Assembly: GCA_963728465.1 (NCBI GenBank)
Contig: CAVSJY010000007.1
Coordinates: 25,090 to 89,089, forward strand
Reading direction: 5' to 3'
Length of the DNA stretch: 64,000 nt
From: an uncultured Solirubrobacteraceae bacterium
GTDB taxonomy: Bacteria > Actinomycetota > Thermoleophilia > Solirubrobacterales > Solirubrobacteraceae
The first letter of the stretch is position 1. Each line of letters opens with the position of its first letter. Of the stretch, positions 29,208 through 38,838 are shown in pieces. Made by a program: the position numbers and the translations under genes. Under the pieces are notes generated by a model that was given only the letters and a program-made list of their open reading frames with translations, was not told where the DNA came from and did no database searches.

Positions 29208-31254
29208 ATGGATCACCGCCTGGAGGAGCCCGACCAGCCCTGGATGATGCGCACGTACGCGGGGCATTCGACCGCGCGCGAGTCCAACGAGCTGTACCGC
29301 CGCAACCTCGCCAAGGGCCAGACCGGGCTCAGCATCGCCTTCGACCTCCCGACCCAGACCGGCTACGACGCCGACCACGAGCTCGCGCGCGGCGAGGTCG
29401 GCAAGGTCGGCGTGCCCGGTGGCGCACAAGGGCGACATGCACGCGCTGCTCGACGGGATCCCGCTGGACCAGATGAACACGTCGATGACGATCAACGCGA
29501 CGGCGGCGTGGCTGCTGGCGCTCTACATCGTCGCCGCCGAGGAGAACGGGATCGACGCAGGACGTCCTCCAGGGCACGACCCAGAACGACATCATCAAGG
29601 AGTACCTGAGCCGGGGCACGTACGCGTTCCCGCCCGGCCCGAGCCTGCGCCTGATCGCGGACATGGTCGCCTACACGGTCGAGCACGTCCCGAAGTGGAA
29701 CCCGATCAACATCTGCTCCTACCACCTGCAGGAGGCCGGGGCGACGCCGATGCAGGAGATCGCGTACGCGCTCTCCACCGCGATCGCCGTGCTCGACGAG
29801 GTGCAGGCGCGCGTCCCGCAGGACCGCATGGGCGCGGTGTTCGGGCGCATCTCGTTCTTCGTCAACGCCGGCGTCCGCTTCGTCGAGGAGCACGCCAAGC
29901 TGCGCGCGATGGGCGAGCTGTGGGACGAGCTCGGCCGCGAGCGCTACGGCGTCGAGGACCCCAAGCACCGCCGCTTCCGCTACGGCGTGCAGGTCAACTC
30001 GCTCGGGCTGACCGAGTCCCAGCCGGAGAACAACGTCCAGCGGATCGTGCTCGAGGCGCTGGCCGTCACGCTCGGCCGCAACGCCCGCGCCCGCGCGATC
30101 CAGCTCCCCGCCTGGAACGAGGCGCTCGGCCTCCCCCGCCCGTGGGACCAGCAGTGGTCGCTGCGCATCCAGCAGGTGCTCGCCTACGAGACCGACCTGC
30201 TCGAGTACCCCGACATCTTCGAGGGCTCGACGGTCATGGAGGGCCTCGTCGCAGGAGCTCAAGGACGAGCGCCCGCGACGAGATGGCGCGCGTGGCCGAG
30301 CACGGCGGCGCCGTCGAGGCCGTCCCGTACATGAAGGCCGCGCTGGTCGACTCGCACCGCGAGCGGCTCGGCCGGATCGAGGCCGGCGAGCAGGTCCTGG
30401 TCGGCGTCAACCGCTACCAGGAGACCGAGCCGTCGCCGCTGACCGCCGACGCCGAGGGCGGGATCATCGATCGTCGACCCCGCGCGTCGAGGAGCGAGGC
30501 GCACGCCGCGCTGGAGGAGTGGCGCGGCGCAGCGCGACGCAGGCGGCCGTCGACCAGGCGCTCGGGCGAGCTCGCGGCGCGTCGCCGCGACGCGACGAGA
30601 ACATCATGCCGGCGACGATCGCCGCCGCCCGCGCCGGCGCGACCACCGGCGAGTGGGCGCAGGCGCTGCGCGACGCCTTCGGCTCCTACCGCGCGCCGAC
30701 CGGCGTCGGCGAGGCCGCCGCGCCCGCCGCCGACCACCGAGGTCGCCGACCTGCGCGACGAGGTCGCCCGCGTCGGCGAGGCGATCGGCCGCACGCCGAA
30801 GATCCTCGTCGGCAAGCCCGGGCTCGACGGCCACTCCAACGGCGCCGAGCAGATCGCCGTCCGCGCCCGCGACATCGGCATGGACGTCGTCTACGAGGGC
30901 ATCCGCCTCACGCCCGCGCAGATCGCCCGCTCCGCCGTCGACGAGGGCGTCCACGTGATCGGCCTGTCGATCCTCTCCGGCTCCCACCGCGAGCCTGATC
31001 CCCGACGTGATCGAGGCGCTGCGCGAGGCCGGCGGCGAGGACATCCCGGTCGTCGTCGGCGGCATCATCCCCGACGCCGACGTCGAGCCGCTGAAGGCCG
31101 CCGGCGTCGCCGCCGTCTACACGCCGAAGGACTTCGAGCTGACGCGCATCATGCGCGACGTCGTGGCCTCGTCGCCGAGCGCAACGGGGTCTCGCGCGGC
31201 GGCGGCGCTGAAGCGGCGCCGAGCTCGGCGCCCGGCTGCGCGAGCGCGACCTGA
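29208..31254 (+). pseudogene. ecm: ethylmalonyl-CoA mutase (MeaA/Ecm-type B12-dependent acyl-CoA mutase), with at least 7 apparent frameshifts as sequenced
   Basis: The fragments match Ecm/MeaA almost residue for residue as I recall it. Examples are [137 protein letters not shown] and [20 protein letters not shown]. One junction needs GTGGGC where the sequence has GTGGC. Confidence 0.85.
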
Positions 31255-32163
31255 CCGCCGCGCCCGCGGCGCTGAACCTGGTCGAGAACCGCTCGCCGCC
31301 GGCGCGCGAGGAGGTCGCCGCGCTGCTCGCCGAGGTCTCGCCCGCCCGCCTCGGCGGCGAGGCGCCCGCCCACGTGGTCGGCGTGACCGGCCCGCCCGGC
31401 GCCGGCAAGTCGACGCTGCTCAGCGCGCTCGCCGCGCGCCTGGCGCGAGCGCGGCCGCACCGTCGCCGTGCTCGCCGTCGACCCCACCTCCAAGCGCTCC
31501 GGCGGCGCGCTGCTCGGCGACCGCGCGCGGATCGACGCCGACCCGGCCGACCGCGGGCTGTTCATCCGCTCCACCGCCGCCGGCGAGCGGCTCGGCGGCC
31601 TCGCCCCCGCCACCCGCGCCGCCGCCCAGGCGCTCGCCGCCGCCTTCGACGTCGTCGTGATCGAGACCGTCGGCGTCGGCCAGTCGGAGACCGAGGTCGC
31701 CGAGGCGGCCGACACCGTCGCCGTCGTCGTGCAGCCCGGGCGCGGCGACGCGCTGCAGTTCCTCAAGGCCGGGATCATGGAGATCCCCGACGTGCTGGTG
31801 GTCACCAAGGCCGACCTCGGCGAGGTCGCGCTCGCGCTCCCGCGCGACCTGCACGCCGCGCTGCGCTCGCTCGGCGAGCGCGGCACCGCGGTCGTCGCGG
31901 TGACTCGTCGCTGCCGCCGACGGCGGGCATCGAGCGACCTGGTCGACGCGCTCGACGAGCCACCGCGCCGGCGCTCGACCTCGCCGCCTCGCGCACCCGC
32001 ACCCGCCGCCTCGGCGCGCTGGCCGACTTCGTGGCCGAGCACGGCGAGCGCGGCCTGCGCGCGCTCGGCGGGCCGCCGCGCCGCCGAGCGCTGGCTGGCC
32101 GAGCAGGACCCCGCGCTCGAGCAGCCCGCGCTGCTCGAGGCGCTCGAGGCGCGCGCGGCGCTG
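31221..32163 (+). pseudogene. meaB: methylmalonyl-CoA-mutase-associated GTPase MeaB (ArgK family); at least 3 apparent frameshifts, both ends uncertain
   Basis: The motifs are [19 protein letters not shown]-loop GVTGPPGAGKST, LAVDPTSKRSGGALLGDR, IETVGVGQSE and VVTKADL. They are spread over the frames of ORFs 31374.. and 31468... Confidence 0.8.
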
Positions 32164-33628
32164 AGCGCCGAGGTCGTCATCGGCGTCGACATCGGCACCA
32201 CGAGCACGAAGGCGGTCGCCTTCACGCCCGACGGCACCGCCCGCGCCGCCGCCCAGGGACCGCGCATCCGATCGAGACGTCCGGCGGCCGGGCGGAGCAG
32301 GACGCGAACGCCGTCGCGGACGCGGCGATCGCCACGACCCGCCAGGCGATCGCCAGCGCCCGTGCGGCCGGGCTCGACGTCGCCGCGATCGCGTTCGGCG
32401 CCGCGATGCACAGCCTGGTCGGGCCTCGACGCCCACGGCGCGCCGCTCACGCCGCTGCTCACCTGGGCCGACGCCCGCGCCGCGCCGCAGGCGGCGGCGC
32501 TGCGGGCGAGCGGGGAGGCGCTCGAGCTCCATCGCCGCACGGGCACGCCCGTGCACCCCATGTCACCGCTGTTGAAGTTGCGCTGGTTCGCCGAGGAGGA
32601 GCCGGAGACCGCGGCCGCCGCGGCGCACTGGGCGGGGATCAAGGAGCTGGTGCTGCTCCGCCTCACCGGCGAGCTGGTCTGCGACCCCGGCATCGCGTCC
32701 GGCACCGGGTTGTTCTCGCTCGCGGCGGAGGACTGGGACGCGCGAGGCGCTCGACATCGCGCGCGTCGACCGCGAGCGGCTCCCGCGCCTGGTCCCCGCC
32801 GGCGAGCCGGCTGCGCGCGACCTCCGGGCTGCTCGACGAGACGCCGCTGATCGCCGGCGGCGGCGACGGCGCGCTCGCCAACCTCGGCCTCGGCGCGATC
32901 CGGCCCGGCGCCGCCGCCTGCTCGATCGGCACCAGCGGCGCGCTGCGGGTGGTCGCCGAGACGCCCGCGGTCGACGAGCGCGGCCGCGTCTTCTGCTACG
33001 TCCTCGCGCCCGGCCGCTACGTGGTCGGCGGGGCCGTCAACAACGGCGGGATCGTCCTCGACTGGCTGGGCGAGGCGGTCGCGCCCGACCTCGACGACGA
33101 GCGAGCTGCTCGCGCTCGCCGCCGAGGCCCCGCCCGGCAGCGGCGGCCTGCTCTTCCTGCCCTACCTGCTCGGCGAGCGCGCGCCGCTGTGGGACGGGCG
33201 AGCCGCGCGCCGTCTACCTCGGGCTCACGCGCGAGCACCGCCGCGAGCACCTGCTGCGCGCCGGGCTCGAGGGCGTCTGCCTCCAGCTCGCGGTCGTGCT
33301 CGCCGCGCTCGGCGACGCCGGCGTCGACATCCGCGAGATCCGCGCCACCGGCGGCTTCTCGCGCAGCGACCTGTGGCGCGCGATCCTCGCCGCCGCGCTC
33401 GGCCGGCCGATCGGGTTCGCCGCCTCGCCGGAGGCGTCCAGCCTCGGCGCGGCCCTGCTGGGCATGCCCGCGATCGGGATGCTCGACTCGCTCGACCGGG
33501 CGGCGGAGATCGTCGCGGTCACCGACGAGGAGCGGCCGGACCCGGCCGCCGCCGAGACGTACGCACGCGCGCGGCCGGTGTTCGAGGCCGCCGCCGGCGC
33601 GCTCGCGGACGTGTTCCCCCGGCTGTGA
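32161..33628 (+). pseudogene. FGGY-family carbohydrate kinase (gluconokinase-like), with at least 5 apparent frameshifts and no clear start codon
   Basis: The fragments are VVIGVDIGTTSTKAVAFTPDG, LTWADARAAPQAAAL, HPMSPLLKLRWF, LIAGGGDGALANLGLGA, GGAVNNGGIVLDWL, LPYLLGERAP and IRATGGFSRSDLWRAILAAALGRPI. The stop is TGA 33626..33628. Confidence 0.75.
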
Positions 33629-34004
33629 TCAGCCGGCCAGCGCGGAGATGCGCCACTCGTCGTCGACCCGCTGCGAGCTCGACGACGTCCTGCGACGGCT
33701 CCTGCCCGGCCGCCGACGTGCGCACCTCGGCCTTCGCCCGCTCGCCGTCGACGGTGATCTTGCCGATCGTCAGCCGCGGGTCCTGACGTCCCGAGCGCCT
33801 GCTGCAGCGCGACCTCGCACGGGCAGGCCGACCTGCTTGAGCTGTCGGGATCAGGCTGGGGCGAGGATGCGGTCGCACAGCGCCTGGTAGTCCTTGGCCT
33901 CGGTCGCGCGACCGAGGTCGGTCACCGTCGTCGCGGACCTGCTCCTCGTCGCTCGGCCCGGAGCCGCCGCAGCCGGCCAGCGCAGCGCAGCGGCGAGCGC
34001 GCAC
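33629..34004 (-). pseudogene. small lipoprotein (NTF2/DUF4878-like), frameshifted
   Basis: GTG at 34004 gives MRARRCAALAGCGGSGPSDEEQV (lipobox). Later pieces in other frames are TTVTDLGRATEAKDYQALCDRILAP and LTIGKITVDGERAKAEVRTSAAGQEPSQDVVELQRVDDEWRISALAG. Confidence 0.5.
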
Positions 34005-34017
34005 GCAGCGCGCCGCC

Positions 34018-34853
34018 TCACCGCGGCTCCTGCCCGTAGTCGCCGAACGGCGCGTCGCGGGCGGCCACCGCGGCGCGGACGTCGTCGGCCGCCGCGCGCG
34101 TGAAGGCGAGGCCCTCGGGCGTGTGCCGGGCGGCGCCGTCGAGCAGCGTGCCGATCAGCTGCGGTCGTGTCGAGCCCCATCTGCTCGTAGGCCTGGTTGA
34201 CGAGCAGCTTCATCATCTGCAGCTGGTTGGCGGGCAGCTGCGCCACGCGCCGCGCCAGCGCGCAGCGCCGCGCCGTCAAGCTCGGCCTCCGGGTGAGCCT
34301 CGGAGGCGAGGCCCCACGCGACGGCGGTCGCGCCCGTCGAGCGCGTCGCCGGTGAGCAGCAGCCGCTTGGCGCGCTCGAGCCCGAGCCGGTAGACCCACA
34401 TCGCGGTCGTCGGCGATCCCCACACGCGCGCCGGCGGGTAGCCGATCCGGCAGTCCTCGGCGCACACGATCAGGTCCGAGCACAGCGCGAAGTCGGTGCC
34501 GCCGCCGACGCAGTGCCCGTGCACCTGGGCGATCACCGGCTTGGGCGAGCGCCACAGCCGCATGTAGGCGCGCACGAAGCGCGACATCATGCGCTGGTCG
34601 GCCATCGGGTCCCACGGCCTCGCCCTCGGCCTCCATCGCGCCCGCGCCCCACTCGATGTCGTAGCCGGCGCAGAAGGCGCGGCCGGCCCCGCGCAGGCGG
34701 ACGGCGCGCACCGCGTCGTCGGCCTCGGCGCGGTCGAGCGCGGCCTCGAGGTCGTCGACCAGCTCCGGCACGATCGCGTTGAGGCGCTCCGGGCCGATCC
34801 AGCGTGAGCGTCGCGACGGCCCCGTCGAGGTCGTAGCGAACCGTGGCGCTCAC
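34018..34853 (-). pseudogene. enoyl-CoA hydratase/isomerase (crotonase) family protein, with at least 3 apparent frameshifts
   Basis: The pieces are VSATVRYDLDGAVATLTLDRP, LRGAGRAFCAGYDI, PVIAQVHGHCVGGGTDFALCSDLIV, ERAKRLLLTGDALDG and QLPANQLQMMKLLVNQAYEQMGL, found in three frames. Confidence 0.75.
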
Positions 34854-34869
34854 GAGCGCGGAGCATAGA

Positions 34870-35455
34870 ATGAGCTCGCATGGAGGGGTCGAACCGACAA
34901 CGATCGGTTCCTGGCTGCGCTGCTACCGCTGCTGGTCGCAGGAGCTGGAGGTCCAGGTCCACTACGAGGGCATCCACCGGATCGACGCGGTGACGGGGGA
35001 GCGCGCCGAGGTCGTCGACGAGATCCAGGAGGCCGTCGTGCAGTGCCTGGACTGCATGCACGACCAGCCGCACCTGGGCTTCCACAACGGCCGCATCGAG
35101 CCGATCGAGGACCGCTGGGAGCGGATGGTCGCCGGCACGCCGTGGGTCGCGTCCTGCACCGTGACGGTCGACGCCGACTCCGTCGAGACCTGCTCGGGCC
35201 CCGAGGCGGCCGACTCGCTGGCCTACGCCGCCTTCGGCGACCACGGGACGCGCGAGTTCTTCACCCACGTGCGCTTCCACAAGCACGACGAGGACCAGAT
35301 CGTCGTCCACCTGCTCGTCGAGCTCTACGCGCGCTCGGCCGAGGAGGCCACCGGCGTGCTCGAGGAGGCCGCCCGCGGCAACCTCAGCGATCACCTCGCT
35401 CGCCGAGGAGTCCCGCCCGCCCGCCGCCACCGGCGGCGGCGAGCACCCGCACTGA
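34870..35455 (+). CDS. hypothetical protein with a CxxC...CxxC zinc-ribbon-like N-terminus; probable frameshift near 35390
   Basis: MSSHGGVEPTTIGSWLRCYRCWSQ...VVQCLDCMH. Composition is normal up to GNLS. The alternative frame then ends AEESRPPAATGGGEHPH with TGA at 35453..35455. Confidence 0.5.
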
Positions 35456-35479
35456 GGCGGGCGCCCGCCCCGGCGCGGC

Positions 35480-36415
35480 CTACCGGAGGTCGAAGCGGCC
35501 GATGCGGCCCTCGTCGCCCGACGCGTACCAGAGGTCGCCGCCTGGCCCGATCGTGATCGAGTCCGGCGCGCTCTTCGTGCGGACGTCGGGCCCGAACACG
35601 CCGCCGGGCGCCATCGAGCCCAGCGTGCCGGCCGAGTGCTGGCCGATCCACAGCGTGTCGCCCGCGAACGCGAGGCCGAGCGGGTCGGCGTTCGCGGTCG
35701 GCAGCGCGTAGCGCGCCGTCACGATGCCCTGAGTCGTCATCCGCGCGATCGCGTTGGTGTCGCGCTCGCCGACGTACAGCGCGCCGTCGCGGCCGGCGAC
35801 GATCGGACCGGGGAGCGTCCCGGCCGGCAGCGCGTACTCGGTGATGGCGCCGTCGGTCGTGATGCGGCCGACCTTGTCGCCGAGCGCCTCGCTGAACCAG
35901 AGCGCACCATCGGGGCCGACGGTGATGTCGGAGGCGAACGCGTCGCTCGTCGGCAGCGGGTACTCCGTGACGTCGCCCGCCGTGGTGATCCGGCCGATGC
36001 GGTCGCCGTGCGCCTCGACGAACCACAGCGCGCCGTCGGGACCGGAGACGATGTCGGTCGGGAACGAGCCGGGGTTGTGCAGCGCGTAGGCGGTCACACG
36101 GCCGCCGGCCGTGACGCGCAGGATGCGGTCGTCACGGTCGGTGACCCACAGCGCGCCGTCCTGGCCGGTCGTGACACCGGCCGGGGTGCCGCCGAGCTGC
36201 ACGAACGAGACGTTGCCCTTGGCCGAGACGCGCCACAGCCGGCCGAGGCTGCCGTCGGGCGCGTACACGGCGTCATCCGGGCCGGCGGCGATGTCGCTGG
36301 GCACCGCGAGCTGGTCGAGCTTGTACTCCTTCGCGCCTGCGACGCCGCTCGACGCGAGCGTGGCCGCGGCGACCATCGCCAGAACGGCGAGGACCCTGCG
36401 TGGGGTGAGCTTCAT
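35480..36415 (-). CDS. secreted beta-propeller protein, streptogramin-lyase (Vgb)-like repeats
   Basis: The 311-aa intact ORF has a signal peptide. It also has about 6 repeats of the pattern GPDGALWF.E...D.IGRIT..G.VTEY.LP. Confidence 0.75.
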   Translation of the reverse strand: MKLTPRRVLAVLAMVAAATLASSGVAGAKEYKLDQLAVPSDIAAGPDDAVYAPDGSLGRLWRVSAKGNVSFVQLGGTPAGVTTGQDGALWVTDRDDRILRVTAGGRVTAYALHNPGSFPTDIVSGPDGALWFVEAHGDRIGRITTAGDVTEYPLPTSDAFASDITVGPDGALWFSEALGDKVGRITTDGAITEYALPAGTLPGPIVAGRDGALYVGERDTNAIARMTTQGIVTARYALPTANADPLGLAFAGDTLWIGQHSAGTLGSMAPGGVFGPDVRTKSAPDSITIGPGGDLWYASGDEGRIGRFDLR

Positions 36416-36476
36416 GAAATGGGGGCTCCGGGGGGATCGGGGAGGATCGTTGAGGCTGCAACCAATCGGCTACTTT

Positions 36477-36506
36477 GCCGAGCCGCGCGGGCCCGCGTGG
36501 GTCGGC
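36477..36506 (-). terminator. GC-rich hairpin downstream of the STAND-CHASE2 gene
   Basis: GCCGAGCCGCGCGGG pairs with CCCGCGTGGGTCGGC (13 of 15), starting 23 nt past the stop. There is no U-tract. Confidence 0.3.
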
Positions 36507-36528
36507 CAGCGCCCGGTGCGGCGTACGG

Positions 36529-38838
36529 CTAGCTCCCCAGGCGACGGAACAGCAGGTAGGCGACCGCCGCCAGGCCCGCGGCGATCAGCGCCACCAGCGG
36601 ATACACGACCGGCACCAGCGTGCCGCCCAGCGCGGCGAGGCCCGCGGCGACTACGTAGGCGGCGCCCGCGGCGACCACGGTGAGCGCCGCGACCCAGGGA
36701 CGAGCCCCCGCGAACGCGAGTCCGCCGGGGACGAGCGCCAGCATCAGGATGAGCGCCACGTCCAGGGCCGTAGGCGACTGCTTCACGGGCAGCCCGCGCC
36801 GCAGCGTCGAGATGGCGTTGGCGTGGACCTCGACCCCCGGCATCACGCGGCCGCCGTCGCCCCGCGTCGGGTGGAGATCGCCCTGCGCGCGTGCCGACGT
36901 GCCCACGACGACGATCTTGTCGGCGAGGTCGGGCACCGCGCCGTCGAGCACGTCGGTGAAGCGGACGGTCCGGAACGTGCGGGCCGGACCGGCGTAGTCG
37001 ATCACCGCGCTCTCGAAGTCGACCGCCTCGTCGCCCGCGATCTCGGAGGCGACGACGGGCAGGGTCGCGAGCCGGCTCGACTCGGGCTCCAGGCGCGCCA
37101 GGCCGGACTGTCCGACCGAACGGTCGAACTTCAGGTACGCGCCGTCGGGGTACCGCGGGAAGCCCGCGAACGCCGCGTCGGGCGCCTTCACGCCGTCGCC
37201 GAGGACAAGGCCCCTGCCCTGGTCGTCGACGAGCGTCGCGGCGAGCACCAGCCACCCGTGCGCCTCGCGGATCGCCTCCCGGAGCTGCCGATCCCCCGCC
37301 CCGGGCTCCCGGAACTCGAAGTCGTAGACGATCGCGGCCGGCGCGGCGTTCAGCAGCGAGCGGATCAGCTGCGCGTGACGGTCGCGCGGGATCACGTCGC
37401 GGCCGCCGCCGAGCTGCGCCAGCCCCTCGTCGTCGAGATCGACGACCACGATGTCCGGGTCGGCGGCCGGCGTCCCGCGGAGGTCGAAGCGGGCGTCGAC
37501 GGTCCGCAGCTCGCCGCGCTGGAGCCATTCCGGCTCGGCGGCGCGGAGCCCCAAGCCGAGGACGAACGCCGCCAGGACGCCGGCGAGGATCGCGACCCTC
37601 GTGAGCTTCGCCCGCTGGCGGTCGGCGTGCCAGCGCGCCTGCCAGTCGAGCACGGGCTGGCAGAGCACGTCGTGGAACACCTCGTAGCTCGGCGCGTCGT
37701 CGACCGGGCGCAGGATCCGCGCGTCGTCCTCGGACAGCGCCTCCAGCGGCGGCCCGATCTGCTCCTCCGTGGCCCCGGTGACCTTGGCCAGGTCCGTCCG
37801 GCGCTGGGCGACCTTGGCGCCCGACGGCGTCACGAGGTAGTGGAACGCCCCGGCCATCAGGCGCTGCTCGCTCGCGCCGAGGCGGTCCATGTTCTCGCGC
37901 AGGTGCTCGGCGACGATCTCGCGCACGCCGCCCATCTCGCGCAGCGTCGCGATGCGCAGCGTCGCCGACCCCTGCGCCGCCTCGCGGTCCCACAGGCGGC
38001 GCATCACGAGCTGGAGGTACGCCGGCTCGATGCCGTCCTGGGCCGCCGCGCCGCCGCGCGCACGGCCGGCGAACGGCTCGGGCGCGTGGAGCAGGTCCAG
38101 GACGTGCTCCGCCAGCCCGTCCTCGGCCTCGACCTGGCGCTCCGGGTGCAGCTCCCGGTAGAGGCGGATCGGACCCTCGATCGCCTCCTCGGCGTGCTCG
38201 TCGGTCATCGGCCCGACGCGCAGCAGGTTGTCGAACGGCCGCGCGGCGGCGCCCTGGAAGCGGTCGAGCTGCGCGAGCGCGTCCTCGCGCAGCGAGATCA
38301 CGACGCGCGCCCGCACATGCGGGTCGGACAGCGCGACCGGCAGCTCGCGGGCGAGCGCGTCGGCGGCGCCCGGGTGGTAGAGGAAGTGCTCCTCGAACTG
38401 GTCGAGGACGAGCATCAGCAGCGCGTCCATGCGCTCGCCGTACGCCTGGAGGGCGTCGGCCAGCGGCAGGTCGGCCGGCACGGGGTCGGCGCTGCCGCCG
38501 TTCGCGCGCGCCGCCAGCTCGCGGTCGAGCGCCCCGCGGATGGCCGTCAGCGACTCCTCCTTCCAGCTGTCGACCAGCACCACGACCCGCTCGCTGCCGC
38601 CGGGGGCCACCGGCGCCCGGTCGCGGACCTCGGGCACCACGCCGGCCCGCAGCAGCGAGCTCTTGCCGACCCCGCTCGGGCCGTAGACGACCGTCAGGCG
38701 GGAGCTCAGCAGGTTCGCGACGATCAGGTCCCGCTCGGGCTCGCGGCCGAAGAAGAACGGCGCGTCGCCCTCCTTGTACGGCGCGAGGCCGGGGAACGGC
38801 CGCGCCGCGCCGGCGGCTTCAGCGGGCGGGGCGGCCAT
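36529..38838 (-). CDS. STAND-type P-loop NTPase (nSTAND-like) fused through a TM helix to an extracytoplasmic CHASE2 domain and three C-terminal TM helices
   Basis: This is an intact 769-aa ORF. The N-terminus is PFPGLAPYKEGDAPFFFGRE, Walker A is GPSGVGKSSLL (Lys codon 38662..38664) and Walker B is LMLVLDQFEE. The first TM helix is VAILAGVLAAFVLGLGL (aa 414-432). CHASE2 hallmarks are IVVVDLDDEGL...IPRDRHAQLI...IVYDFEFREP...MPGVEVHANAISTL (about 36784..37506). Three hydrophobic helices follow to the end. Confidence 0.85.
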   Translation of the reverse strand: MAAPPAEAAGAARPFPGLAPYKEGDAPFFFGREPERDLIVANLLSSRLTVVYGPSGVGKSSLLRAGVVPEVRDRAPVAPGGSERVVVLVDSWKEESLTAIRGALDRELAARANGGSADPVPADLPLADALQAYGERMDALLMLVLDQFEEHFLYHPGAADALARELPVALSDPHVRARVVISLREDALAQLDRFQGAAARPFDNLLRVGPMTDEHAEEAIEGPIRLYRELHPERQVEAEDGLAEHVLDLLHAPEPFAGRARGGAAAQDGIEPAYLQLVMRRLWDREAAQGSATLRIATLREMGGVREIVAEHLRENMDRLGASEQRLMAGAFHYLVTPSGAKVAQRRTDLAKVTGATEEQIGPPLEALSEDDARILRPVDDAPSYEVFHDVLCQPVLDWQARWHADRQRAKLTRVAILAGVLAAFVLGLGLRAAEPEWLQRGELRTVDARFDLRGTPAADPDIVVVDLDDEGLAQLGGGRDVIPRDRHAQLIRSLLNAAPAAIVYDFEFREPGAGDRQLREAIREAHGWLVLAATLVDDQGRGLVLGDGVKAPDAAFAGFPRYPDGAYLKFDRSVGQSGLARLEPESSRLATLPVVASEIAGDEAVDFESAVIDYAGPARTFRTVRFTDVLDGAVPDLADKIVVVGTSARAQGDLHPTRGDGGRVMPGVEVHANAISTLRRGLPVKQSPTALDVALILMLALVPGGLAFAGARPWVAALTVVAAGAAYVVAAGLAALGGTLVPVVYPLVALIAAGLAAVAYLLFRRLGS

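Noticed and set aside
29208-32163. An IcmF-like fusion of the acyl-CoA mutase with the MeaB GTPase. The last mutase frame runs without a clean stop or start into MeaB-like sequence.
   Set aside because: The domain order (TIM barrel, B12 domain, then G-protein) is not that of IcmF. The mutase matches Ecm, which ends just after GLV..., and the region is full of indels. It is most likely two genes with a damaged junction.
36416-36528. A possible small RNA or riboswitch in the 113-bp gap between the STAND gene and the Vgb-like gene.
   Set aside because: Apart from one GC-rich hairpin, called as a weak terminator, there is no recognisable conserved structure. The G-rich run is more simply the RBS and leader of the downstream gene.
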